A stretch of 35,923 nucleotides of DNA from Catajapyx aquilonaris. Lineage: Eukaryota. Below, one piece after another: positions 22,058-34,300 of the stretch (its first letter is position 1; every line of letters begins with the position of its first letter). The notes under the pieces were generated by a model that searched no databases, was not told the DNA's origin, and saw nothing but the letters and a program-made list of their open reading frames with translations. The DNA lies in assembly GCA_000934665.2 (NCBI GenBank), contig JYFJ02003967.1:1-35923 (forward strand). The letters run 5' to 3'. The position numbers and the translations under genes are program-made.

Positions 22058-25000
22058 ATGGATGGGAATAAGGGAGGAGGAGACGTGGTGGGGATGGGGA
22101 TCGACCAGATGGGCCCCCTGATGGAGGCCGTGCTGGGGAACAGGGGAGGGGCCTGGAGGGAAGAATGGGGAAGGTGGAGGGAATGCTGCAGGAGTTGCTG
22201 TTGTTGGGGAGAAGATGGCCACGGGATGAAGGAGGTTGGTTGTTGGAAGGGGGTCGGAAGGGGTGTTTCCCGTTGCTGATGAAACTGCCCTTAGTTACAG
22301 GTGGAGGGGCATGCGAGCCGTCAAGTACTCCTGTCGTGAAGGAAGAATTAGGGGCAGAAGAAGACCCAACAGTGCACGCATTGGACCCGCAAGCAGCAGA
22401 TGAAAATGACGCTGTATATAGGCCTACATGATGATGAACGCAACAATCAGGTTGGTTCCAGGAGGACACACGAATAAATTTTAAGGGCGGTAGCCCTTAA
22501 GACCGTAGCGTAGATTTCAACAATGAATTTTTTCCACTTGTTGTTGTTATTACGTTTTTTTTATTCGCCCTAACTCAAGTTCTGCTGTAGGTAGAGCTTC
22601 CAAATTTTGAACACAGATGCCCACCGTCGTAAAGTGCATTCCTAATTTCATAAAACACTAAAGGCCATTTCACACAAAAAAAAATCGCGCGTTGCGGCAT
22701 ATTTGTTGCATCGCCTCGGTTTGCCGCATGTGCGAACACAAAAAGAGCTGCGACACGACTGACGACTAGCGACAAGTCTGGGAAACAAAAGACAAAAGTC
22801 AAGTGACCGACAACCACGACTCCCTATTGGCTGCGTCATATTCAACGCGCGACAAATTCTGGCCGGCCTACTCCTGCAGTGCGGGATATTTGTCGCGCGA
22901 CAAACTCCGACGCGCTGCAAATTTTTTTTGTGAATTGCACTGCGACGCGTTTGCCGCTTGATGCTGCCGCAAAATCTTTTTGTGAAATGGCCTTAATAGG
23001 AAGTGGCTCACGGAAAATTAATGGGTGGAATTTTCTTTGTACTACTAGTAACTATAGTTACTGGTAATTTAGCAGTACCATTGCACTACACTGGTACTGC
23101 TAAGTTAGAAGTAACTATAGTAGAATAACGAAAATTCCACAAATTGTTTTCAGAAAGGAGACTTCATGAGCAGTAAATTGGAAATTGCTTGAGTAAGACC
23201 TGTGGTACAGGTTAAATCAATTGGTGAAGGTCTTACGTGCGCCTGCCTTGTTTCAGTACCTTCATTCCGCTGCGGAGGTCTTACTACCCTTTTTTTCACT
23301 CAAAGGAATGTTTTTGCTCTTATTATTCTAATAATATTACTGCGATATTAAATTAGGATGTGTCATTCCTGTTTCAGGATGAAGGATTGGCAGGAGAAAA
23401 TTATTCGGACAGTTCAGGACACAACAACAACAACAACAACAACAACATCACGACAGTTCAGGACACAATAAATGCAATAGGTGTATCAAATAATACTGGC
23501 TTTAGCTGGAACATCAGGGTGGTTCAATTGAAACGTTTGTAACCCGCTGGTCATGATCTGCCATTGAGCTGATTATTTTTAAGCAGTGGCTTTGAAATGA
23601 TAATAATGTGAACGTTGTCATGTGTTCCTTCCAATATTAGGGGAGGATTAGGAGGATGTACTGACTTGGAAAGTGTTGGTTCTCTCATAGCATTTGCTGC
23701 TTAAAATTATTATGTAGTGCTGTGAACACTGCATTTTGGGAATCCCTACAAAGTGTTATGAAATTTGCAATAACTTCTTACGTTGCATCATGACTACATT
23801 TTTACACAGTTTGCCTGCCAATCCAATTGCATTGCACCTTTTCATTTGCCATCCTGTTCATAGGAAAACTTAATTGCATTTGTCTTCCAGTGTTATGAAA
23901 TGAAAGCAATGAAGTACACTTTTTAATCTTGCAGGATAAAGGGTTGGAAGAGGAATATTCCAGCACTGCTGGATGCGCAGGGGAAGCAGGCAACGGTCAG
24001 TTTAATGGGATTTAATGACTAGTGAAATTGAGCGTAATTTTGACATTCCATGTTTTCGACAGGCTTTGACTTTCATGCTGATGAGGAGGCAGAGACACCG
24101 GCGGAAGAATCCTGCAGTTTGGATGCTCTGCAAGGCAATACTTCAGACGTGAGACCATCTCTCCCAAAGACAACCATTGTTCATGAAGAAGAAGACGAGA
24201 AGCACTTTGAGACGCAGGTACTCTCCGACTCACATAAGAGTGAACCTTTTCGGATAATCATTCGTCCGAGGGGTCGGTGAGCTGCCAGTGTCAAGAATTT
24301 CTTGACACTGGCAGAGCGGAGGCAAATACGAACCTACTGTATAGTTCTACAGCCTATGTCACAGTCGAGAAGGATTGCAGAAGATTTGAACAATAATTGA
24401 TCTCTTAATCCTCCAAGACATAGACACCATGCCACTCACTTCCGATGGCAAACTAATTCGCTTTATCACATGAAATACCAGTCTCAATTTTTTTTTTTCA
24501 CTAGATCTGATTGGTTCATTTTTGATTGATCAAATCTGCAACATCACTTTTATTTTACAACATTACAACTCCTTAAAAAAAAGTATTTAAATGAGTAAAT
24601 TGAATTTCAATTATTATTGGTTTCACATTAGGATGATTAGTTACCGGGAAAGAATTGATTATAATGTAAACAATACGCTAATGATTATAATTATCTTTTT
24701 TTAAATTATTACTAAGGAGGACTGGAAGGAAGGCATTTTGGAAGCTGAGGATCAAAATGAGGAGGAAATGAGTCTTGAAGATTTAATAAGTGAAGGAGGA
24801 GTAACTCAACAAAACGAGGTGAGTTGATTATTAACACGCTCATTCAATTGTCAGGGTTGCATTGCTTGGTTGTCACAGTTCCTTTATTTGGTGCGGTCTA
24901 TTTGTTACTTGTGCAGCTGAAGATTTCGCAGTCAGGATATTGAGTTGATTGGTTCTTATCACTTCATTTTTTAGGAGGATCCTCTGCAGAATGACAAGTC

Positions 25001-25844
25001 TGCAAAGGTCCCCTTGCAGTGTGAGGTGTGCAGCAAGACGTTCTTCTCGCAAAGGGGACTTAATGCATGTGTCAAGTCTCATGAGAAGGCTGCGGATGGG
25101 GGCAAGGAGAAGGCAATGAATCGAAGAATCAAGACTAATGGAGGGGGAGAATCAGGGAAGGGGAAAGAAAAGGAACGGCAAGAGGAGACGAAGCAATCTG
25201 GTGATGAAGTGGGTGTTGGTGGAGAGAGGATCAAAAAGATGCGAAAAGCACTTAAAACTAATGGCAGGTACCAGTGCGAATTTTGTTCTTACAAGGCTCC
25301 CTATAAGTGTAACTTGACCGAGCATTTGAGTACACACACTGGGGAGAAACCATACACTTGCAGTCATTGCAATAGGAAATTTACTCGGAAGAGTGACATG
25401 AAGGTTCATATCAGTTCAGTTCACTTTGGAGAGAAGCCAGGGAAGCCACACACTTGTAGGCATTGCAGTATGAAATTTACTCGGAAGGGTCAATTGAATG
25501 TTCATATCAGGTCGGTTCACTCTGGCAAGAAGCCACACACTTGTACGCATTGCAGTAAGAAATTTGCTTGGAAGAGCAACATGAATGTTCATATCAATTC
25601 AGTTCACTTTGGACAGAAGCCACACGAATGTAAATTTTGCTCCCAGAAATTTTCTTCCAGTGGTGACTTGAAACGTCACGTAAATGCTGTTCACTTGAAT
25701 TTGAAATTCCACTCATGTGACGTGTGTGGTGACAAATTTGCACAAGCTTGGATAGTTCAGCGCCACAAGCGTATAGTGCACGCGAAGTGTGCACCTCATT
25801 CTCAAAATGTGGGACGGAATAATTTGGCAGGAAGCACAGCCTGA
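22058..25844 (+). CDS. C2H2 zinc-finger gene copy 3 (full exon set; apparent frameshifts in exon 1, so possibly a pseudogene)
   Basis: Exons 22058-22450, 23378-23480 or 23935-23995, 24063-24217, 24717-24818 and 24975-25844. One atypical plus 6 canonical fingers. A 10-nt insertion (TATAGGCCTA) near 22420 and a frame shift near 22283 relative to copy 1. Confidence 0.78.
22662..22993. mobile_element. PIF/Harbinger MITE
   Basis: TAA|AGGCCATTTCACA ... TGTGAAATGGCCT|TAA: 13-bp TIR and TAA target duplication. Confidence 0.9.
23023..23141. mobile_element. Palindromic MITE of about 115-120 bp, family copy 1
   Basis: GGGTGGAATTTTC ... GAAAATTCCAC with a TTAGCAGTA/TACTGCTAA core. AAT flanks. Confidence 0.75.
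23423..23446 (+). repeat. (CAA)n microsatellite within a zinc-finger exon (poly-Asn)
   Basis: About 8 CAA units, absent from the copy 1 homolog. Confidence 0.9.
24282..24314. repeat. 33-bp palindrome, probably a transposon remnant
   Basis: CTGCCAGTGTCAAGAA-T-TTCTTGACACTGGCAG. Confidence 0.85.
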
Positions 25845-27879
25845 GGGTACTACACATGGCCCTCCATGATAAGACATTGTAGGTTGAAGGGTTGTGTGTA
25901 TCTCTATTCTTACGAGATGCAAGATGACTGTTGTGCTGAAAAGTCACTTTTAAGTAATCTTGGACACATTTTTGCATGATAATTATTATTGGAAGAACTA
26001 TAGGATTTGCATACTTCCTGTGGTATGTTCATCCTTAATTACTAGGTAAGAAAGACTTGTGCGCAAGACTTTGGAGGCAATCACCGTGCATCTTCAAGTA
26101 ATTTCCGCAATTGCAAGCTTTGACATAAATAGTATTCAGCAGGAGACCAATTATGACACTATTGTTGTGCCGTTGTCAAGCCTCTCTTGCAATCTGCGGT
26201 GGAATATTTCAGTGGGAATTGCAGGCAAAATAAACATGCACTTCCTGTTATACTGTAAACTTTTTTTTAAATGGCAAAAGTTCATTGTAATTATCAGAAA
26301 CTTTGCCTTACATATGTAGATTATCAAAACATGTTATTAATTAATGAATTTATAGCAGCAAACCTGTGTGTAGTGTCTGGTACATATGTTGAACTTGATG
26401 TCAGTCAACGTACGCAGAAGTGATCGAAAGCGGAGGGATAATTGGACAGCGTTATGAAATAACTGGTCAACCCACAAAAATGTCAAAATTGAGCCAAGTC
26501 CAGGAGCAAACACCTAAAGCAGAGGTTCTTAACCAATTAGGGCCTCCGCACCCCTTTGTAGACAATACATTGGTCCTTGTCGCACCCCCTATACCAGGGG
26601 TGATTGATTAAGTTCACACCTCAGAACCAGATGACCCTTTGGAACCTTAACCATTAAACGTGCATTATAAATGTTTGAAATTGTCGGCATTAAAAACTGC
26701 AATTTAAGCACTGTATCAGGGAAATTTTTGGAAATCCGAGAACCCATCTCATTTATTTCCATTATAATTTTGTCTCATTTTACGCCTTTTCATTTTACGC
26801 CGCGTTTTGCAGGAACCAATTACCGGCATAAAACAGGTATTACGTGTATCCTTATGGGGAGCCTTGTGAGCCCGTTCGTAAGTACAGATCGCAGTAAATC
26901 ATACTGCAATAACTCAGTATAGGCCATTATCAAAACCAGGCGACCTATTTCAGAACACCAGGAAACGCGAATGTCTGATTGTGCGCTTTTTATTTACGAC
27001 CCAGGGAAAAATGATTACCATGTTCATTGTATGCTTTGCCATGTCTCTTATCACATATCCAGAGCACGGAAATCATGATCCATAAACAAAATCACAATGA
27101 TCAATTGGAAATTATGATAGCGTACTGGTTGTGAAACGGCCAAGAAAGATTTCCCATATAGGGAAGTACCCATTTTCCGCCGCTCCGTTTTACGCCATTT
27201 CACATTAACCCCGGTTGTAAAATTAGCCTACATTTGAAAATATCTTATATTGGAATTTTTAAAAATATGTGATGATGACCCAATCTAAACATGAACGCAT
27301 CACTTCAACACTTCTCGAGACCAAACACACGAACGTATACCTGCTCTTCTTTCCTGTGTGTTTCATGGTGCCTTGTGGCAGGTACTACCGATATGTACTG
27401 TACAGTACTGTATTGCTCGGTATTGTTGATCTCAGCACTCCCCGAAGTACTCCAACCCTACAATACCCTATGTGTAGAGTACTGCAATTATTCCTGCCAA
27501 CCTGCCCCTTGTTCCATTGTTTTCATTGTTGAATATGCAATGTTGATTATTGTAGAACATGAGTGAGAGAGGCAGATCCTTCCTTTGGGCTTGTTGACAG
27601 GGAAGGTTCCTAGGCAATTGCGAAATCTGCTGAAAACCGCCCTTAGGCTCAAAAAAGTTTGGGTTTGGGACTTTTCTCGGGGTCAGTGATAGGTAAGACA
27701 TGGCTGTGAGAAATTTGAGCGCTCTCCGTGCCCGGGAAGTGGCTTAATTAGGCGTGACATATGTAAAAATATACATATCTGATACATTATGTACAAACTT
27801 TCTTCTTTATTAATAGGGATTGCCACGTTGTCATTGCGAATTGCAGCACTGTCAGTGCTCAAAGGAAGGGGTGAGATCG

Positions 27880-28060
27880 CGTTGTTGACAAGTTTCAGTT
27901 ATTGATAAGTACACAGTAATGAATGAAAAGTAATATTGCTTTAATAATGGACTTCATTTATTTGCATTTTTCACCTTTCGCGTTAAGTGAGCTTCATGTG
28001 ATGGTGTAATGTCATGAGGCATGAGGGACCTTTACGATCGAGCTGCAGTGTATGATGGTT
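27880..28060. repeat. Diverged copy of the F-box 3'-flank module
   Basis: Collinear GTTGACAAGTTTCA, TGCTTTAAT, TCACCTTTC, GAGCTT..TGATGG, ATGAGGGACCTT and GCAG.GTATGATG, as at 12305-12470. Confidence 0.8.
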
Positions 28061-28310
28061 GGCCCAAAGATGACTTGAGCAGACTGGCAAAACACTCCAC
28101 TTTGTTTGTGATACAATGTAAGCGGAGGTGGGAGGAAGGCGACAATATTACGCATAATTATGGAAATAAAATGAAGGCTGTGGTGTTGATCGGGCGTGTG
28201 TCCTTCTTTACGGTGGAGGAGGTTGGTCGTCAGTGCTCATCATTGTTGAGGTGGCCTCCAACAAGCCTTTCTCCTTCACAGCTCACCGCGCAGGGGTTTC
28301 TGGTCCTCTT

Positions 28311-31300
28311 CTACGTCTCCTTCCCCTACGGAAGAGGAAAAGAAATGAATAAATAGATCAGCCTCCAAACAGGTCCTGCAGCCAACATATTCTCAAACTA
28401 TCCAATGTCACTGTGTCCCTTCCACAATATTGAAGTGTTCTAAACTTCTAATCAATTAAGTTGATTTTGACCCTTATTCAATACCAAAGCCGTCGAATAT
28501 TTCCAAGGCCCTACGGTTCATTTTCAGGTTTTTGTAACCCACCGATCTGGATATTTTAGAGCCTTTTTAGTGCCGTCGCAAAAGCTTCCAATGTAAATGT
28601 CATAAGACATTTTAGACGCGAGAAATCTTTTTTATTTATGGATGGATTTTTGTGTTTTTGGTGTGTCAGCATATACAGTAGGCCATTTTATGACCTGTCA
28701 TATTCACAGTATCACACCATTCAGAGGCCACAAAGAGAGTCCGTCACGACACAAAGTAACTTAGTGATTTACTATACAGTCGTTGACTCTGGATGTAAGA
28801 GCATTCAGGATACCTTAATAATGATCAAGGTTTCTTACAGCCAACTTACCCTTTTTTTTTTGCAATGAATACACAAAGTTTTGCCTGACGCATGCTTATA
28901 ATGCATGAAATTATTCACAAAGCGCGAAATTAGTTCATCCAGGAGAAAAATAATTCGAGATTTGCTTCAGCCATCTCCTTGTTGACAAAGGGTGGAATTT
29001 ATTTCGTCCCACACTCCCACTGTTCTGTATGTAGTTACTAACTTAGCAGTACCATTGCCAATGCTACTAAGTTAGCAATAATAAGTATCAGTGAGACGAA
29101 AATTCCACCCAAACATATCAAGAAAAGGAATGATTTTGACCTACTTTTAGGAAAGTGTGAAGGACAGTACATTGTACATAAAGGACTACGCCAACTGGGT
29201 GAAATGGCAGGATTAATTAGCATCATTACCGACAGATGTTACCGCCATTTCTTTCTACAGTTACGATTTCGTAAATTCCCCAATTGCTTCTAATATCTGT
29301 TGATAGAAACTGGACTGGTAAGAACCATATTTGTCAAGAACTCCCCCCCACCCCCCCACCCCGACCCCTCAATATATACCTTCAAAAGTTTGGCGACATC
29401 ATCATATCCCTCCTCCTTTGCGAGGTCAAGGGGTGTCTTCCCTTCATCATCTCTGGCCAACTTGTCCGCTCCCTTGGAGAGAAGGAAGCTAACCAGTTCT
29501 GGTTGGTTCCACCTTGCCGCATAGTGGAGTGGGGTCCTATTCCCCCATCCCTTGTCCTCCAGCCCTGCCCCTTCCTCCAGGAGTAACTCCACAACCTGGA
29601 CGTGGCCTCCTTCTGAAGCGAGGTGGATGGGCTGGTCCCCATACTTGTCCTTTGCCCCCACATCCGCCGCCCCTTCCTTGATCAGTGTCTGGCAGGTGGA
29701 GAGGTGTCCTCCCTCTGCTGCCAAGTGGAGGGCTGTCCAGCCCCCATGGTCTCCCTGGTTGACAGGCCATCCTTCACCCAGCAGGTATGCGACCACCTCT
29801 TCCCTTCCTCTCCGTGCAGCATTGTGAAGACCACTCCGTTTGTACTCATCCTTCACCCCCAGCACCCACCTCTCCACCCCACCCCCTCCTCCCTCCTCCA
29901 CCATCCTCTTCACCTCCTCCAGCCTGCCTTCCCAGCAGGCCTCCAGGAACATTGGTATGTTCTGCAAGGGAACAGCAAGAGCTACGTTAAGGCGCATCAC
30001 TCATCGCTACACGCATGTAACAGCCATTGTCCTGAAGTTACACCATCGCAATGGTTAACATTATTGTTGTTCGTTGCCCAACAATATTGATGGCATACCG
30101 TAGATCTGAATGATTCAAGTTTTGAAATGCTCAGAAGTGTCTCAAGTTTTGGCCCTACCATAATTTGTTTCGATATGATGAGCTTCATTTGTCGCTCGAA
30201 AAATTTCAATAATGTAATCGGTGTCGTGCCAAACCCGCTCAGGCATGTCTGGCCTTATACCGTTGCACTATTATCTTGTAGGTGCTCGTGATGCCGGATC
30301 TTTTCACCATGCAAGTCATGTGTCTCCACAAAAAAAGGCCATCGGGGTAAGATCTGAGCTTCTGGAGGGGCTATATAGGCATGGCGAAACTTCTCATTAA
30401 AGACTTCGCACACTGGGATGCTGAACAAATGAGACTTTCCTATATACGGCAGGTTTGTTCCTTGGATGAGGCGACTTTTTATGTGAATCATCAAGAACAA
30501 TGTCTGTGGTGTAAAGACCCAAGATATCAAGTACTTACGGGATATGATTATTGCAACGGTAACTCCAGATATGATTGAGCGGGTTTGGCTCGAGACCGAT
30601 TACCTCCTTTTTTTATCTGCCGTGCGATACGTGAAGCTCGTATCTAAACAAACTAAGGTGGGCCCAAAACTTTAGACCTTTCTTAGCATTTAAAAATCAT
30701 TCAGATATGTCTACAAGTTTCTGAGTTATAGGGTTTTCAAATTGGGACATTATTTTTCGATGACCATGAATTGTTTAACCTCAAACCTAAGAAGGTGTAT
30801 TTTTATCCCATCTAGTGCATGTGGAAGGGAATATCCAAGACTTACGAGCTTCGTCCACCCCCAATGTAACGTCTCTCGGCTCTGACCAAGACCATCATTC
30901 TCTGAACGTTAACCATTGTTCTTTGGAGTGGACACAAACAGATCTCCACAATAATTAATCATGGTTCAGCGTAGTCCGGTAGAGTCGCCTAATAAATGCT
31001 CCGTGAAAGGTCTCATGGCGCTCTCAGGTGAGCACCTCCTGCAAAACGCCCGGGCAGGGGGTAGGTGGGAGTGTCCAGACCTTAGTAGTCTATGGTGACC
31101 ATGGACCCGGCCTATACCTAAAAGTGTCATGGCGGCTCTCTGTGCGTGAAAATTTTTACGGGCTATACAGTTAGGTGTTATCCCTTCATTCATTTATTCC
31201 CGGGCAACGCCGGGTATCGCAGCTATTGTACATAAAGTACACTACTATGCCAAATGGGTGAAATGGCCGCATTAATATATTAGCACCATTACCGACAGAT

Positions 31301-34300
31301 GATACCGCAATTTCTTTCTACAGTTACGATTTCGTAAATTCCCCAATTGCTTGTAATATCTGTTGATAGAAACTGGACTGGTAAGAACCAGATTTGTCAA
31401 GAACTCTCTCTTCCCCACGCCCCCTCAATATATACCTTCAAAAGTTTGACGACATCATCATATCCCATATTTTTTGCAATGTCAAGGGGTGTCCTCCCAA
31501 ACGCGTCTATTGCCGACTCGTCTGCTCCCTTGGACAGAAGGAAGCGAACCACTTCTGGTTGGTCGTTCTCTGCCGCCCAGTGGAGTGGGGTCCTTCTCCA
31601 CATCCCCTCGTCCTCCAGCCCTGCCCCTTCCTCCAGTAGTAACTCCACGACCTGGACGTGGCCTCTATAAGAAGCGTAGTGGATGGGCTGGTTACTAATC
31701 AGGTCCTTTGCCCCCACATTCGCCCCTTTCCCGATTAGCATATGGCAGGTGGACATGCGTCCTTCCTCCGCTGCATAGTGAAGGGGTGTTTTGCCCCCAG
31801 AGTGTTCCTGGTTGACAGGCCATCCTTCACCCAGCAAGTATGCGACCACCTCTTCCCTTCCTCCCTTTGCAGCAAGGTGGAGTGCACTCTTTCCATCCTC
31901 ATCCTTCGCTCCCACCCACCATTCCACCCCATCCCCTCCACCATCCTCCACCATCCTCTTCACCTCTTCCAGCCTCCCTTCCTGGCAGGCCTCCAGGAAC
32001 ATTATTGGGTCGAATTTTCGTCCCACTGCTAGTTCCTGCTAACTTAGCAGTATCAGTGCCAGCACTGATACTGCTACTGCTAAGTTAGCAGGAAGTAGCA
32101 GTGGGACGCAAATTCGACCCATTGACATTTTCTGCAAGAGAACAGCAAGAGCCTCGTTAAGGCGCATCACCCATCGCTATACGCATGTAACAGCCATTGT
32201 CCTGAAGTTACACCATCGCAATGGTTAGCATTATTGTTGTTTGTTGCCCAACAATATTGATGGCATACCGTATCTGAATGATTTAAGTTTTGAAATGCTC
32301 AGAAGTGTCTCAAGTTTTGGCCCTACCATAGTTTGTTTCGATATGAGCTCCATTTGTCGCTCGAAAAATTTAAATACTGTAATCGGTGTCGTGCCAGACC
32401 CGCTCAGGCATGTCTGGCCTTACCGTTGCACTTCTTATCTTGTAGGTGCTCGTGATGCCGGATCTTTTCACCAGCATACATGTGTCTCCACAAAAAAAGA
32501 CCATCGGGGTAAGATCTGGGCTTCTGGAGGGGCTATATAGGCATGGCGAAACTTCTCATTAAAGACTTGGCTTACTGGGAGGCTGAACAAATAATGAAAC
32601 TTTCCTACGACAGGTTTGTTTCATGGATGAGGCGACTTTTTATGTGAATCATCAAGAACAACGTTTGTGGTGTACAGACCCAAGATATCCAGCACCTACG
32701 GGATAGGATTATTGCAACGGTAACTCCAGATAATTATGATTGACAGGGTTTGGCACAACACCGATTACCGCCCTTTTAAAAAAATCTGCCATGCGACACA
32801 TGATATCGAAACAAGCTAAGGTCAGACCAAAACTTATTATTAGACCTTTCTTAGCATTTCAACATCATTCAGATATGTCTACAAGTTTCCGAGTTATAGG
32901 GTTTTCAAATTGGGAAATTCTTTTTCGATGACCCTGTATTTTTAAACCTCAAACGTATGAACGTGTATTTTTTAATCCCATCTACTGCGTGGTGAAGGAT
33001 ATATCCTAGACTTACGAACTTCCTCCACCCCCAATACAGACTCTCGTGGCTCGGACCAAGACCACCTCTGAACGTTAAAGATTGTTCTTTGCAGTGGACA
33101 CAAACAGACCTCCACAATAATTGATTGATGTTGCAGGGCAATTGATTGATGACAAATATTGAGCTTTATATTAATAGGGATTTTTCGTGTATGTTCTACC
33201 TGTAGTACTTGTGAAGAGAGCAAATACCGCACTCATTATCGCCTTATAGAAGTGCTGTAAAAATTCGCGAACCTCTGGTAGGCCTAGGCTCGCGCTGCCA
33301 CAGATGGTAATTCAAATAAATCCTTATCACCTTTCTCCCCCTGTCGAGGGACAACTGGACCTGTTTCTCCACTTCAGAAGAGGACACTCTTGAGGACACA
33401 TCTCGTGTCATCATTTTCTGGATTAGACCTGATTCGTCTCCATGGATGCGTGTAAAACCCTGTGCGAAAGGGTCCCCCCTCCTGAGGGATGTGAAGGCCC
33501 TCCTCCTCCCTTCCTTGTCCTCTCCGAATGGGGACAACATCTCGTACAATATCAGGCCCATGGAATACACGTCAGTCTTGGGACCGTACTCACTCCCGCT
33601 CATCTGCTCGGGGGAGCAGTAGAGTCTGGTCCCAACACCGCCAGTCCTCTCTGGTTGGGACTGATCAGGGGGGACTCCGGGTTGGGATGGTTGGACTGGA
33701 CATGGAGGGTGGGAGGGGGAAGGAGGAGGATGGGCCAGGAGGGAGGTGGAGAGACCGAAGTCACCAATCTTCACTCTCTCCCCACCGCCCAGGGCAAAAA
33801 GGATGTTGTAAGGTTTCAGATCGCGGTGGATCAGTCCCTGCGAGTGGATGTAACAAACTGCGGATGCTATTTGTCCGAAGAGGGTGAGTTTGGCGGACTT
33901 TCCCATGTCCAATCTTCCATCGTCCATCTTGTGTCCCAGGGCTTCCTTTTCGCACAGTTCGAGCTGCATGAAGAGGAAGTCCATGGTGGGTCCTGCCACC
34001 GTCATGGGAGAGGTGAAGTAGACGGATGCTGCCTCCGAGGCCTCCCTCGCCTCTGGACCAGGCCTGTTGTAGCATGTGGCCGTCATGGCGTCCCACTCCT
34101 TCTGGACCCAACATGGATAGCTCTCAGTCCAGGCGTGGTAGAACTTCACGACATGATCGTGTTCCATCCGAGCCAGTGCCTTGACCTCCCTCAGGATGAC
34201 CCCCTGCAGTTGATCGTCTTGAGGGAGAGGAACCCTCTTCACCGCGTAACGTGCCTCTGTCAGCTTCAGTTCAACCTCGGCCGCGACTCCGAAGGACCCC

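Larger units (their letters stand above)
29171..33122. repeat. Tandem duplication of about 1.8 kb (29171-30956 and 31225-33122), each unit carrying an ankyrin exon
   Basis: Both units start ATTGTACATAAAG, end CTCCACAATAATT, and are collinear throughout. Confidence 0.93.

Noticed and set aside
26500..27230. hAT-like (CAGAGGTTCTTAACC) and pogo-like terminal fragments
   Set aside because: Single ends without a partner TIR or TSD; too weak to delimit as features.
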